A DNA stretch of 64,000 bases from Fistulifera solaris (Eukaryota). The stretch is from the NCBI GenBank assembly GCA_030295235.1, contig AP026131.1:682001-746000 (forward strand), read 5' to 3'. The notes under the pieces were generated by a model. The model did no database searches and was not told the DNA's origin. It worked only from the letters and a program-made list of their open reading frames with translations. Position numbers and translations under genes: made by a program. Positions 46,195 to 58,442 of this stretch are shown here, in pieces (positions within the stretch are counted from its first letter, which is position 1; the number at the start of each line of letters is the position of its first letter).

Positions 46195-47632
46195 TTTGAA
46201 ATTTCATAATGAAACGGAGTGTTGGTTTACGCCAACCAAGACTGGATTGTAAAGTAGTCATGAACCGAATAACAATGGGTTCCGTTTTGCGTCTCTCGCA
46301 TCCGTCCATTGTCATTCAACTGCGAATATAATTATATTTACGGGAAAATAAAGTCGCAACAATGATGATATTGACCTAATTGTCAAAAGCTTTTTTATTT
46401 TCACGTCGAAAATCCGACGGTGGATATCTTGAATTTTTACTATAAAACGGAGTGTTGGTTTACGCCAACCGAGACTGGATCGTAAAGTAGTCATGAACCG
46501 AATAACAATGGGTTCCGTTTTGCGTCTCTCGCATCCGTCCATTGCCATTCAACTGCGAATATAATTTTAATTACGGGAAAATAAAGTCGCAACAATGATG
46601 ATATTGAACTACTTGACAAAAGCTTCTTTATTTTCACGTCGAAAATCCGACGGTGGATATCTTGAATTTTTACTATGAAACGGAGTGTTGGTTTACGCCA
46701 ACCGAGACTGGATTGTAAAGTAGTCATGAACCGAATAACAATGGGTTCCGTTTTGCGTCTCTCGCATCCGTCCATTGTCATTCAACTGCAAATAAAATTA
46801 TATTTACGGGAAAATAAAGTCGCAACAATGATGATGTTGAACTACTTGTCAAAAGCTTCTTTATTTTCACGTCGAAAATCCGACGATGGATATCTTGAAT
46901 TTTTACTATGAAACGGAGTGTTGGTTGACGCCAGCCAAGACTGGATTGTAATGTAGTCATGAACCGAATAACAATGGGTTCTGTTTTGCGTCTCTCGCAT
47001 CCGTCCATTGCCATTCAACTGCGAATATAATTTTAATTACGGGAAAATAAAGTCGCAACAATGATGATATTGAGTCGAAAATCCGACGATGGATATCTTG
47101 AATTTTTACTATGAAACGGAGTGTTGGTTTACGCCAACCGAGACTGGATTGTAAAGTAGTCATGAACCGAATAACAATGGGTTCCGTTTTGCGTCTCTCG
47201 CATCCGTCCATTGTCATTCAACTGCAAATAAAATTATATTTACGGGAAAATAAAGTCGCAACAATGATGATGTTGAACTACTTGTCAAAAGCTTCTTTAT
47301 TTTCACGTCGAAAATCCGAGGATCGATATCTTGAATTTTTACTATGAAACGGAGTGTTGGTTTACGCCAACCGAGACTGGATTGTAAAGTAGTCATGAAC
47401 CGAATAACAATGGGTTCCGTTTTGCGTCTCTCGCATCCGTCCATTGTCATTCAACTGCAAATAAAATTATATTTACGGGAAAATAAAGTCGCAACAATGA
47501 TGATATTGAACTACTTGACAAAAGCTTCTTTATTTTCACGTCGAAAATCCGACGATGGATATCTTGAATTTTTACTATGAAACGGAGTGTTTGTTGACGC
47601 CAGCCAAGACTGGATTGTAATGTAGTCATGAA
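46195..47632. repeat. 233 bp tandem satellite, 6 full copies plus a partial copy
   Basis: AT(G/A)AAACGGAGTG recurs at 46209, 46442, 46675, 46908, 47111, 47344 and 47577 (spacing 233, one unit 203 bp). Confidence 0.95.
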
Positions 47633-48149
47633 ACACAATTGTTTCATTTGTCGCGATGCTTTTAACCCCCCAAAAGGGCCTAAATTTCGCCGGACGTGCT
47701 CTTAAAACAAACATTCCCGCCACCATTACCAACGCTCAGTGCGTTTCGTCGAAAAGCGCAAAAATAAGAGCTATTTTGAGATGGTCCACGAGAAAGTCTT
47801 CGCCTATATAGAAAGGGGTAAGTGGATTCGTGACTGATCATACAACTAAATTTAGATTCATCAACACATTGCGGGGCGTGCATTGCAAGTCTTGCTTCTA
47901 GAACTCACCACAAATGATCCTTGAATCTTGATAGCTAATCAGTGCTGTCAATTTACCTCAATGATGTTGAAATACATCGCTCCTCCCTACGTTTTGGTTT
48001 CAAACGGCTGTCCCGTTGACTAATAAGTAAACTTCTCTCGAACAACTCATAACAAAGCCAACGTATCAATTCAAAATTATGAAAACGTCACTCTAATCAT
48101 TCAGTATTTATTGTGCTCGCTTGAATGCGCCAAATTCATTCTAAAAGAA

Positions 48150-51100
48150 TTACAGATCTTGCACAAATTGCTCCTGAAATGCATTGTCATCCGTATCATG
48201 AGCCACTTCTGCTATTTCATGATAAAGCTGACTGACCAGAAACGCCAGAATGGGTATAAGAGCAAACAACAGCCATGTAAGAAGAGATTTCTTCGTCTTC
48301 TTTCCACCATTTCGTTCAATGCCAGCGAACGATTCGGGTGCCTCAGTGACCGGGATCATTCTCATGAAATAACCTACGGGAAGAGAACCGGCCCCAAGTA
48401 CTACCGTATACTTCCATTCATCTACACTCAAAGGGTATGTTTGTGTGAAGTCTCCACCATATTCGACGATCAACCATTGTGACGCTACTGTGAAGAAAAT
48501 AACCATCAGAAAGATCGGGCTTTGTGTGATTGAACGGATAGGGTCAAAACGGTCCCCAATCTCCCGTGCATTAAACTCATTGAACACTTGGCAAAAGACA
48601 AAGGCGTTAAAGATGATCGTGAAATGCTGACGCGATCCGTCTTCGCAACCAAAGAACCGGGGTCCGCGGTTCAAGAGAACGACAAGCACAATTAGCTGGT
48701 ATGTTGCCTGGCAAAGAATGTTCCTCCACATGGGGCGACTAATCAAACTTGCGTCTCGGCGGTACGGGCGACGATCAAGCAATTCAGCGCGTGGAGGTTC
48801 AGTTCCCAGCGCCAATGCACCCATTGTATCCATGATAAGATTGACCCACAACATCATTACCGCGTTTAAGGGAGGTTGATATCCCACCACAGCAGACAAG
48901 AATGTGATAGTGAGAGCCACAACATTGACAGTCAACTGAAACTGCAAAAATCGTCGGATGTTGTCAAATACAGATCGACCCCAAAGAACAGCTTTGACAA
49001 TGGACGCAAAGTTATCGTCCATAATGATAATGTCGGATGCTTTTTTAGCCACGTCAGTGCCACTTAATCCCATCGACAATCCGACATCGGCAGCCTTGAG
49101 AGCTGGTCCGTCATTGGTTCCATCGCCAGTCACGCCAACGACTTCACCTACACCGTTGCGACTAGCCGCCCACTCATCTTTGAATCCTGGAAGAATCAAA
49201 TTCTTTTCCTTGTCGAAATCTCTTCCAGGGTGTGCTTCTAACCATTCCTCTGCTGTTGCAGGTATCAACGCACCATTTAGACGCTGCACCAATTTGTGTT
49301 TGTCTTCGGGACTTGATCGAGCCAATACTTGCAACCGAGGAAGGATTTCGTCCAACTGAGCGGGTGTTAGCTTACGGAAATCTTCGCCAAGCATGGAAAG
49401 GCCACCTGTGATGGAGAAATGTCAGAACATGTATCAGCAGAATGTCAATAGATATAAAGAAGCGCACTTACCTTTTGTGAAAATACCAGCTTCTTTGGCA
49501 ATCGCCTCAGCAGTATCCAGGTTATCTCCAGTTACCATTCGAACGAATATACCAGCTTTTTGACAAGTGGCGACGGCTTCAATGACATCGGGACGTAGAG
49601 GATCCATGATCCCAGTAATTGCGTCAAGACACATATCTCTTTCTAACTTCTGAGCGCATTCTTTTTCGCTGATGTTGGACGGCTCGCACACATCCTGTAC
49701 ATTGTCACGGTGACAAAGAGCGACACATCTAAGAGCCTTCGAGGCAAAGCTTTGAATCATACGTTCAAATTCTGTTCGCTTCTCATTGGTCATGACGTGT
49801 TCTGTGCCATCAATCCCCAAATAGCGCGAACAGTCTTTCAAGCACAACTCGGCTGCACCTTTGTGATAAAGAGTCCAAGTCGGCTTGTTTCCTCTTGACC
49901 CAGTCAAATCAATGGTATTCTGTTTCGTGACTAAAACTGACATTCGTTTACGCTGACTCGAAAAGGGAAATATTCGGCTTCCTCCGGGTTGACCAAAGTT
50001 CGCAGCGGCGCGGCGCTTGTCCGTGTTATCCTTACGTGACCAAGCCGATTGAGCAAGTAACAGCAGAGCGGCTTCCGTTTTGTTTCCGATAATTAACGGT
50101 CTGTCTCCGTCCTCACTTTTAATAACTTTAGCTGTCGTGCAGCATGCAATTCCTTCCAATATGATCTGCAAGGATTTGTCACTGATCAATATGGGTACTC
50201 GATTGATTGTATCGTCGCATCGCGTATCGGCGAACATTCCCTTGACAACAGTCATGCGGTTCTCCGTCAAAGTACCCGTTTTGTCCGAGCAGATATTCGT
50301 CGCATTTCCCATTGTTTCACAGGCAGCCAAGTGGCGAATCAAGTTTTGGTCCGCCAACATCTTCTTGGTCGAAAATGCTAAACTGATGGTTACAGCCAAA
50401 GGCAGACCTTCAGGCACGGCAACAACGACGATTGTGACACCAATGATAAAGGCCTCGAGTGCGTAACTGAGAATCGTGTGTTCTTTCAAATACTCGGGCT
50501 GGACAAAGATCTTGATAGCCATCATGGCGATGAACGTTGCACCAGCTGCTGCCATACCCACGTAACCGATCATGGCGGCCATATCATCCAGCTTTTCTTG
50601 CAGTGGAGTCTGTTCCTGCTCCTTCTCCAGATGACTCTTGATGATTCCCCATTGACTCGACTTGCCCACCGCAATGGCCACCAAACGCGCCGAACCGTGC
50701 TCGACGGTACATCCCGACAAAAGAAAGGGATCATCTTCTAGTGTCTTATCGATATCGATCGGTTCCCCGGTCAGTGCCGACTCGTCGACCTGTAAGCTTC
50801 CGCCGCCGTCCAAGTGGACCAAAATGCCATCACAAGGAATCTGATCCCCCGTTTCGAGGCACACAATATCTCCTACAACAATCTGATCTACCGGAATCTG
50901 CCAGTGCATACCATCACGAACGACTACAACATCGAGGCGCTCACTCTCGGCACTGAGCTCACGAAACTGCGATTCTTTTTGGTAATCATTCCCCGCGGTC
51001 ACGACACTGACAATCAAAACCGCCGCGAGAATGGCGCAGCCTTCAACATAGCCCGTCGCCGGATCATCGTAAATACCGATAGCAAGACTGACAAGAGCCG

Positions 51101-51452
51101 CGGCAATGAGAATCTTCAACGTGGCGTCATCGAATGTGTCGACGAATAGTTCCATGAACGACTTGCGCGGCGAGGATGGAAGACAGTTCTCTCCGAACAA
51201 CTCTCGACGGGTTTCCACTGTAGCCAAACTGATTCCGCGATCGACCGTCGAGTGCAACCGACGAAGCACTTCCTTCACTCCTCCGATCGATTGGAGTTGC
51301 GCCAAGTTATTGCCGAGTGCCTGCGCTTGATTGAGGGATGTCAAAAGTTCATCGGTGCTCGTTTTTTCTTGCATCAGCGTCTCGTTGATGGGGCTGTACG
51401 GAGGACTTTTCGATCGGCTGAGCGATCGGCTGAAGGCTCTGGTGACCGGCAT
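48150..51452 (-). CDS. P-type Ca2+-ATPase, P2B (PMCA/ACA) type; intron 49406-49471
   Basis: VDESALTGE, VVVAVPEGLPLAVT, ICSDKTGTLT, KGAAE, MVTGDN, VTGDGTNDGPAL, FLQFQLTVNV, WVNLIMDT. Confidence 0.96.
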
Positions 51453-51948
51453 GATGAGACGAAAGGCTTTTGCTGATAACAAACACGCTTTTTGGGGACC
51501 AGCAATCGTCTTTGGATCTTTGTTGGATGTGAATGGAGGGAAATAATTGTCAACGCGTCTTTTTTCTTTAGTTCGTGATTATGACCGTTGGGTCTCCCTG
51601 ACTACTCTCTGTCGTACTCTCCGAGGAAAGCCATTCTTCACCCCAACGGACGGAATGCAAGACATCCGCGTGGAAGTTGAACCAGGTTGAACTACCGCGC
51701 ACCTCGAACTCGAACCCTTTTGTGGTATAGCCCACCTCACGTTTTCTTTTCCTCGTCCATCGCATTGCGCAAAAATACAAAGTACCGGTAGCGAGGCATT
51801 GCATGTCACCTTTTTTGCATTCGATTTCGAAGGGCTGTTTACCGACTCTCTTCGAAAGCTACCTTATCCTTTATTCTCAGTCTCATTCATAAAACAAAGC
51901 ACACACAATCTGATCGACTCGATAGTCTAATTGTAATTCATTCGCAAT

Positions 51949-52764
51949 ATGCTCCGACTCATTTCCTTTCTACTCTCGTGCACCGTGGCTACTTCATTAT
52001 CGAGCCCAATTGTCACCCGAAGAACGGCATTGCTGTCTTCCGCCTGGTTCCCTATTGCATCGGCATCTGCTGCTACTACCACGAGTCCCGAAACACTCAT
52101 TGATTTATTGAAAGACATTCCGACGTTTGCCATTGTGGATAAGCAAGGTGTCCCTTACATGGTCGTCGGTGAAGACGCCAAAGTGACAGGCTATTTCTTT
52201 ACATCCTACGAGGAAGCAAAACGAATTTTACAAACCGCGGATGCCAGTGCCGATAAATTGGTTCGTGAGTTGAAGCGAGAACAGCCCAATACGGACCCCA
52301 AAGATTTGATCAATCCTTGGAAACAAGCAACAATAACAACAGTTCCGTTGGATGTCGCCGTATCTTTAACGGCGAATACGGTCGCCAAGACGGCGAAAAA
52401 CTATTTTAAGATTGCTCCTTCGGCCAATGATATTGAAGATGCTTTGGATTTGTCGGGGCAAGTCGATTTGGAGGAAGGAAAAGTACCGCTATTTTACGTA
52501 GAAGAGTTCCGATCACCCAACGGGCAACAGCCGCTTTACTTTTCCAAGTCACAGTTGTTAAAGGATTACAAAGGAGACGGAAAAGTCCAAGTGACGGAGT
52601 TGTTCGCGACACTGAAAGAAATTTTAGTTGGGGAGGATCCCGACCTTCTGAAGCTTACATTGATACCTCCGCCGGATAGTATCGCGAGGTCGCGGAAAAT
52701 TACACAGCAATTCAAGCAAGAAAAGGCCCCGTTTGTGCTGGGACAGCGTATAATCATATTATAG
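51949..52764 (+). CDS. TIC22: Tic22-like plastid protein import component
   Basis: Signal peptide; LKDIPTFAIVDKQGVP, GYFFTSYEEA, VPLD, VPLFY, PLYFSKSQL pattern. Confidence 0.75.
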   Translation: MLRLISFLLSCTVATSLSSPIVTRRTALLSSAWFPIASASAATTTSPETLIDLLKDIPTFAIVDKQGVPYMVVGEDAKVTGYFFTSYEEAKRILQTADASADKLVRELKREQPNTDPKDLINPWKQATITTVPLDVAVSLTANTVAKTAKNYFKIAPSANDIEDALDLSGQVDLEEGKVPLFYVEEFRSPNGQQPLYFSKSQLLKDYKGDGKVQVTELFATLKEILVGEDPDLLKLTLIPPPDSIARSRKITQQFKQEKAPFVLGQRIIIL

Positions 52765-52959
52765 TCTTTTTCTGCCGTGAGGTATCGGTGAAACCCCGAT
52801 ATTGTTTTTGCATTGTTGGAAAGTTATTTCAATTAAATACAAGAATTGCACAAAGCTTTGAAATTGTAGCCCTGTAAATCGTTTTTATCAAGGGATAAAG
52901 GCGCCTTGCACGTGAGACTTGTAAATGCAATTTCAATGTTAGCTCTCGAGGCTCTAGTC

Positions 52960-53220
52960 GCGATGTTTGAAGTGCGGCGACAATCTATGAATGAAATCAA
53001 TGTTCGAAGATCAACTATCATCTGTGAAGAAACGAACAATGATCAATTTTGAAGTTCAAAGATCAAGCATCATTGTTTGATGTTCGAAGATCTAGATTAA
53101 TGTTGGATCTTCAATGCGTGATGTTCGAAGATCAAGTTTAATGTTTGAAGTTCGACTATCATCTATAGACTAATGAAAACGATGTTTGAAGTTCAGCAAT
53201 TATCAATGATTTCAATGATT
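52960..53220 (+). repeat. Degenerate tandem repeat of an ATGTT(C/T)GAAG(A/T)TC motif
   Basis: Motif recurs about 7 times; AATGTT.GAAG.TC.ACTATCATCT occurs at ~53000 and ~53140. Confidence 0.55.
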
Positions 53221-54469
53221 ATCTTATCGACGGTATGGTGTCCCTTTGTGCAAAGCGGGTTCGGCCATTGTCCGGAAAAAGTACCTTCGATGTATACCTA
53301 GTTCACTCCATGTACTACCCGTCAAAAAGATCTTCAATGATTTCGACGCAAGCCAGCGGTCTTACACCTCTTACATCAGCAGAGAACAATGACGGGTTAG
53401 TGACTAAGTAGGTCGTGATTTTCTCGAGTCGTCCTATTGTCCTTAATAACAAGCTTGCCGTAACGAAGATACAAGAATCGGGGACCGCTATTACTTCTGA
53501 CGAATCCTGTCGAAGAATTACAACGGTGTGTGTTCGGTTGCAAGACACGGCTTCAAGCAAAGCGGCCCCGCATCAATGACCAAGGCGTGTCAGCTAGGAC
53601 CAAAAAGATGCGGTACGAGTAGAAATAGACACACAGCACAATGGCCTACCAGATGGTAAGCGATAGCTTCGTTCCGCGGGCTAGAATGCAAGAATTTCAA
53701 TGATCACTGGACCGGTAGCTTAGACTTAAACACCAAGCCATTTTAGGAGCAGCGAATGGAGTCGTCGAAATTGCGAAGTGTACGTTGGGGTTGTCATCCA
53801 AATAAGCGGTAGCGCGATGGATTGTACTGTCTTCTTTTTCCGTTTCATTGCTGTTGCCATTTGTGTCTGTTGTATGACCAATGTTGTTCCGATTTCCGAT
53901 CTTGCCCTTTTTGCGTTGATAGTCAGTCGATAGCTCCTGAAATCAGCCAGAAATATTGGCAACATTGAACCTATATCAGTCTGTACTGGTCATATGTTTC
54001 GCGTCGAAAAAAACGGGCATGCGGGGAAGCGAAGATGATTGTCATCGACGACAGTATTTGTATAGTGCAAAGTCGTGGGCGACCAGCGACGAGTTTGTTC
54101 AACAAAACGTCATTATAAGCAAGATAAACGAGACGGTGAACGTTCCGTAGCGTCAATATTTCAACTCCACATTTGTTTTTATCCGAAAACTGATAATGGT
54201 GATACGAGGAAGGTCAAAATGGAAAGAAAACTCCCTCATTGGGGTCAGATTTGCATCAAATGGAGGTGCAATGAATTTTGCACTTTTCCGTTGGAAAAGT
54301 CACGCGCACGGAGGATTTCGAAATATTCGTATTTTATCTACGACAGGTCTTTATCGATGGTTCTTTTTCGATAAAAAGGATACCTGCTTTATTTCTAAGC
54401 ATATGGATTTTATTTCAAGTGAAACGAATGGATATTGATTGTTTTACGGCATTTACAACTTTTGGCTTC

Positions 54470-55117
54470 GGCTTGCCGCCGCCTACGACGACCCCAGTAC
54501 ACTTTCTACGCAGACGACGCTTTGGCGCTCTCATGTCTCTTTTCTTGGTTTTGACAAGCGTCAACCATCCCTCGGACACCCACCTCTCACGGAAATTATT
54601 GCAGTTTGTATATTCAAAGGTTCATTAGGCGATTAGAGAACCTAAGCATCGGAGAAGCATGTTTTTCATGCAGATACACATTTGGAGGCCGCTCGCCGCT
54701 GCCTACAACGATCCCAGTACACTTTCTACGGAGACGACGCTTCGGCGCTCTCACGTTACTCTCTTTGGTCTTGACACACGTCGACCATCCCTCGGACACC
54801 TAGCTCTTGCGGAAATTATCGCATTTTCAACTTATATCAAGGGTTCACTAATCGAATGGAGAACCTAAGCATGGAGAACAAAATCATGGAGAATCAATCA
54901 CAGCATCGGAGAATACAACACACGGGCAATTCTAAGCATCGAAGAAGCAGGCTATGTATGAATTAGCAAGTTTGACCTCGGCTCGCTGCCGCCTACAACG
55001 ATCCCAGTACACTTTCTACGCAGACGACGCTTTGGCGCTCTCACGTTACTCTCTTTGGTCTTGACACACGTCGACCATCCCTCGGACACCTAGCTCTCAG
55101 GGAAATCATCGCATTTT
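54470..55117. repeat. Three related copies of a ~130-220 bp unit
   Basis: GCCTAC.ACGA.CCCAGTACACTTTCTACG.AGACGACGCTT.GGCGCTCTCA...CCATCCCTCGGACACC at ~54480, ~54700 and ~54990. Confidence 0.88.
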
Positions 55118-55768
55118 TGACAACAAAATCGGATGTCCATTTTTGATGGGCAACCAGTCTGAATCAGTTCTAGCGGTCTACTTCGACAAGAGTAGATCCC
55201 TACAACGTGGATAGGACTTAAAATATAATCTCAAATTGTTATTGTTAATGAATTTTGCAAGGCAAACGCCTTGCATTTTTGACCAAAAACTCACCTAAAA
55301 ATACAGTAAGCCTATAAAGTAGTCCGTTTCTTAGTATAACTACCGATAGTATATGTTGTTTTGGAGCGGTACTCACTAGTCCCCGAATGTCGCAATGTGT
55401 TCGCAAAATGTCGCAGAGGACACACGGACAGACTGCACCATCTTAAGCTTTCGTGACTAAAGAAGTGAAAATGTTCCGGGACACAAAGCAACATTCAGTA
55501 TCCGTTGAAATCTGACTATATTGTAAAATGTAGCTTTGTGCTATAATAAACTGAGACCTCCGATAAGTCGAGTGTCGTTGATCTCCGTTGACGATTGTTG
55601 GGCCGAAATACTTAGACATCTTTTGGAAATGATGTATTCTACTTATGTGTGCCTATTCGTGCTGCATTTTAGCTTTGCTTATGATGTGCTTTTGTTATTG
55701 TCTCGAAGCATAGACGGCGAGCTTGATCCGATTGTTGTCATTAAAGAAAGCACTCAGTGCTCGACCTC

Positions 55769-58330
55769 ATGATGGAAGACGACATTGACTCGGGTGGCTT
55801 TCGCGCCTTACTGGAAAAAGTCCACCGCGTCGAGGAAAACGTCGATTGGAGCATTCATTCCGTTGACTATGAACAATTCAAAAACCGACTGAAGTTTTTT
55901 GCCGAGAGGCGTGTCAAGGTCTGGTCGATTGTACGTGATTCTCCCGACGGGAGAATAGCGGAAGATGAGTGGTCAGCTATTGCTGGTTGGAAGCTTCCAA
56001 TGCCTCCCTCAAGACGGGGTAATAACGACGCTGTCGAGTTGTCTGCTTTTCAAAGAGCTACAGATCGCTACGTTTCCATGGAAGACATCCCCTTTCAAGA
56101 AGACTCGAAAGAATCGGACGAGTCAGTCAGCTCACACGGGAGTTTGTCGAAGACAAGAAGGCGGACAAAGAGGCACTTTATGCGGCGCCTATCGAATACT
56201 GAGCGAAACGAACTGACATTGTTCCTTGCTTGGGAAATGGATAAGGCAATGATGTTTTACTTGACACAATGGCAGAAACTCTCACGTCGGATTGAAGATA
56301 AAGATCGCGATCGTTTTGTGGAAAGCACACCTACTTTTGATTTAGACATTGCGAACGAACTTCTCGAGCTATTCGCATTCTGCTTGATAAACATCATTGT
56401 GGCGCAACAAATCCTCATTCGATATGATGCGTTTGCACGAGCATTCGAAGGAACACCCATGAGAAACTACTACTTGAAACAAGTGAAGAAGGAACAAACT
56501 GCTTATCGCAAAATCCTTTGTCACGAAGAGCTGAAAGCGATTGCTGACAGTTTCGTAGAAATACAACAACCGTCAAATCAACTGAGTCACTTCTGCTCTC
56601 AACGAATGATGTTTGAGAGTATCCTAACGTCCCTCGAAAGTGAGTCTGTCCACGATACGGTTATCAGATTGGAAAATGTGGCTACTTCAGCGAGAAGTCT
56701 TTGGAAATGGTTCATGGTGGGCCTTCGCGAAGGTCGCCTTGGTCTGGAACCGGCATACCTAGCTGGGAGCGAAAAGAGTTTGACTGATCAAATACAACAA
56801 CTAGTCGAATGGCGAACAAAGAAGCAGGAGATTCAGCAACCTCCCAAACAAGAGAGGAAGCTCTCTGATATGCAGAAGTACCATTTGACGCTGAGTCTCA
56901 TGAGCGGGTTTTTCTACTGCATGAATTATTACATTGTGGAACCCTCAAGTACATTATACTGCAATCGATTAGGAGCACAAGACACCATGTCAGGTCTTTT
57001 GATTGGGATGACTCCTCTGGCGGCTTTTATTTCATCGATCCCTTATTCAATGTGGACAAATCATTCATTTCGACAACCGTTTATTTTGTCGTGTGTCATG
57101 CTAATGTTCGGAAACATGTTGTACTCCATCGCTGATATTTTCAGAAATTTTCCCATGGCGATGATGGGGCGTTTTATTTGCGGGATGGGGGCACCGAAAT
57201 GCATCATACGGCGATATATGGCGGACACGACTCCCATGAGTCTACGAACAGGGGTGAATGCAGGTTTTGGGATGGTCGTAGCAGCTGGATCTGCAATGGG
57301 ACCGGCGATGGCAGTTGTGCTGAGCAAGTATGAGCAGGCCATCGCCGTTCCCCACGTCGGATACGTTACTTTGAACGGTCTAACGTTGCCAGGCTACTTC
57401 ATGGCTGCGATCTGGTTCATGTTCGCGCTGCTCGTGGTTGCTACATTTGATGAGCCACAGAGGGAAGGTCTCCTCGAACAAAAACAGTTGGAAGAGAGCG
57501 AAAGAATATCCGATCCAATAACACCAGAAGTCCCGCCTCCTTCATATTTGGAAGTATCTGATAGTCAAATGAGCGAGCAAGACATAGAACTGAGGATGAT
57601 CTTTAGTGGAGAAAGCCACGATTATGCTGGACTCAAGGAAATGCAAGAAAAGCGCCCCGCCTCGCATCATTATCTGCAAGCGCTTCGAAACTTCGCAGGG
57701 CTAATTACTTTTCCTGTTCGTGTCTGTCTCGGTCTTCTTTTTGCGAAAGTATTTACTATTGAAACCTTGGTGAGCTCGACTTCGTCGCTAACCAAAAACA
57801 GGTATCGATGGGTTGTGACACAGGTTGGCGTTCTCGGTTTCACAAATGGATTGTTGGTTATACCATTTTCAATCTTTATCGGACGGCTGTCACTTTCTTT
57901 TGAAGATAGGATACTCATGAGATGGCTTGTTATGGCTGGTTGTTTCGGTTTCTTTCTCTTAATTGACTTATCCGACCTCGTAGAAGCTCCCACCGGAGAT
58001 TACAATAAGGGACATATCTTGGCAGTGACACCACAGAGGTATATTGCGGGTTACTTCATTGCCTATCTCTCCGTTCAAGCATTCGAAGGTGTCATAGGAT
58101 CTGCCCTGAGTAAGCTGATTCCGACCGCCCTTGCCTCGGGCACACTGAACTCGGGATTGCTCGCAACGCTGGTCGACACTTTCGGCCGCGCTTGCGGTGA
58201 TATTTTCATATCAGCGGTTGGTTGCATTGAGTTACGACAGCTATTGAATCTTCTATTCATACCAGCATTTGTGATAATGCTTACTTGCCTGGTGGTAATT
58301 GAAAAGTTCCATGACGTGCTCTCGGTATAG
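55769..58330 (+). CDS. SPX-MFS transporter (VPT1/PHT5-like vacuolar phosphate transporter)
   Basis: N-terminal SPX-like W..HSVDYEQFKNRL...EMDKAMMFY...ILIRYD; MFS part MNYYIVEPSS, GRFICGMG, RRYMAD, GPAMA. Confidence 0.85.
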   Translation: MMEDDIDSGGFRALLEKVHRVEENVDWSIHSVDYEQFKNRLKFFAERRVKVWSIVRDSPDGRIAEDEWSAIAGWKLPMPPSRRGNNDAVELSAFQRATDRYVSMEDIPFQEDSKESDESVSSHGSLSKTRRRTKRHFMRRLSNTERNELTLFLAWEMDKAMMFYLTQWQKLSRRIEDKDRDRFVESTPTFDLDIANELLELFAFCLINIIVAQQILIRYDAFARAFEGTPMRNYYLKQVKKEQTAYRKILCHEELKAIADSFVEIQQPSNQLSHFCSQRMMFESILTSLESESVHDTVIRLENVATSARSLWKWFMVGLREGRLGLEPAYLAGSEKSLTDQIQQLVEWRTKKQEIQQPPKQERKLSDMQKYHLTLSLMSGFFYCMNYYIVEPSSTLYCNRLGAQDTMSGLLIGMTPLAAFISSIPYSMWTNHSFRQPFILSCVMLMFGNMLYSIADIFRNFPMAMMGRFICGMGAPKCIIRRYMADTTPMSLRTGVNAGFGMVVAAGSAMGPAMAVVLSKYEQAIAVPHVGYVTLNGLTLPGYFMAAIWFMFALLVVATFDEPQREGLLEQKQLEESERISDPITPEVPPPSYLEVSDSQMSEQDIELRMIFSGESHDYAGLKEMQEKRPASHHYLQALRNFAGLITFPVRVCLGLLFAKVFTIETLVSSTSSLTKNRYRWVVTQVGVLGFTNGLLVIPFSIFIGRLSLSFEDRILMRWLVMAGCFGFFLLIDLSDLVEAPTGDYNKGHILAVTPQRYIAGYFIAYLSVQAFEGVIGSALSKLIPTALASGTLNSGLLATLVDTFGRACGDIFISAVGCIELRQLLNLLFIPAFVIMLTCLVVIEKFHDVLSV

Positions 58331-58442
58331 TCTTATCGCCTGTAACGAATAGAGCCGTGGGCAGTAATACGGGCCAAATATGCTATGCTTTACACTCTAA
58401 CAATTTTAAGAACAAGTTCGACTTCATTTCGGTTGCTGCTCT

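Noticed and set aside
46195..47632. Repeated 78 aa ORFs on both strands with overlapping stop/start codons; possible CRISPR-like array
   Set aside because: The ORFs simply recur with the 233 bp unit, which is not a multiple of 3, and are broken by unit variants. There are no unique spacers and no cas genes, so this is a satellite
53300..54450. Short ORFs between Tic22 and the 54.5 kb repeats
   Set aside because: No motifs, consistent frame or splice pattern that I could support
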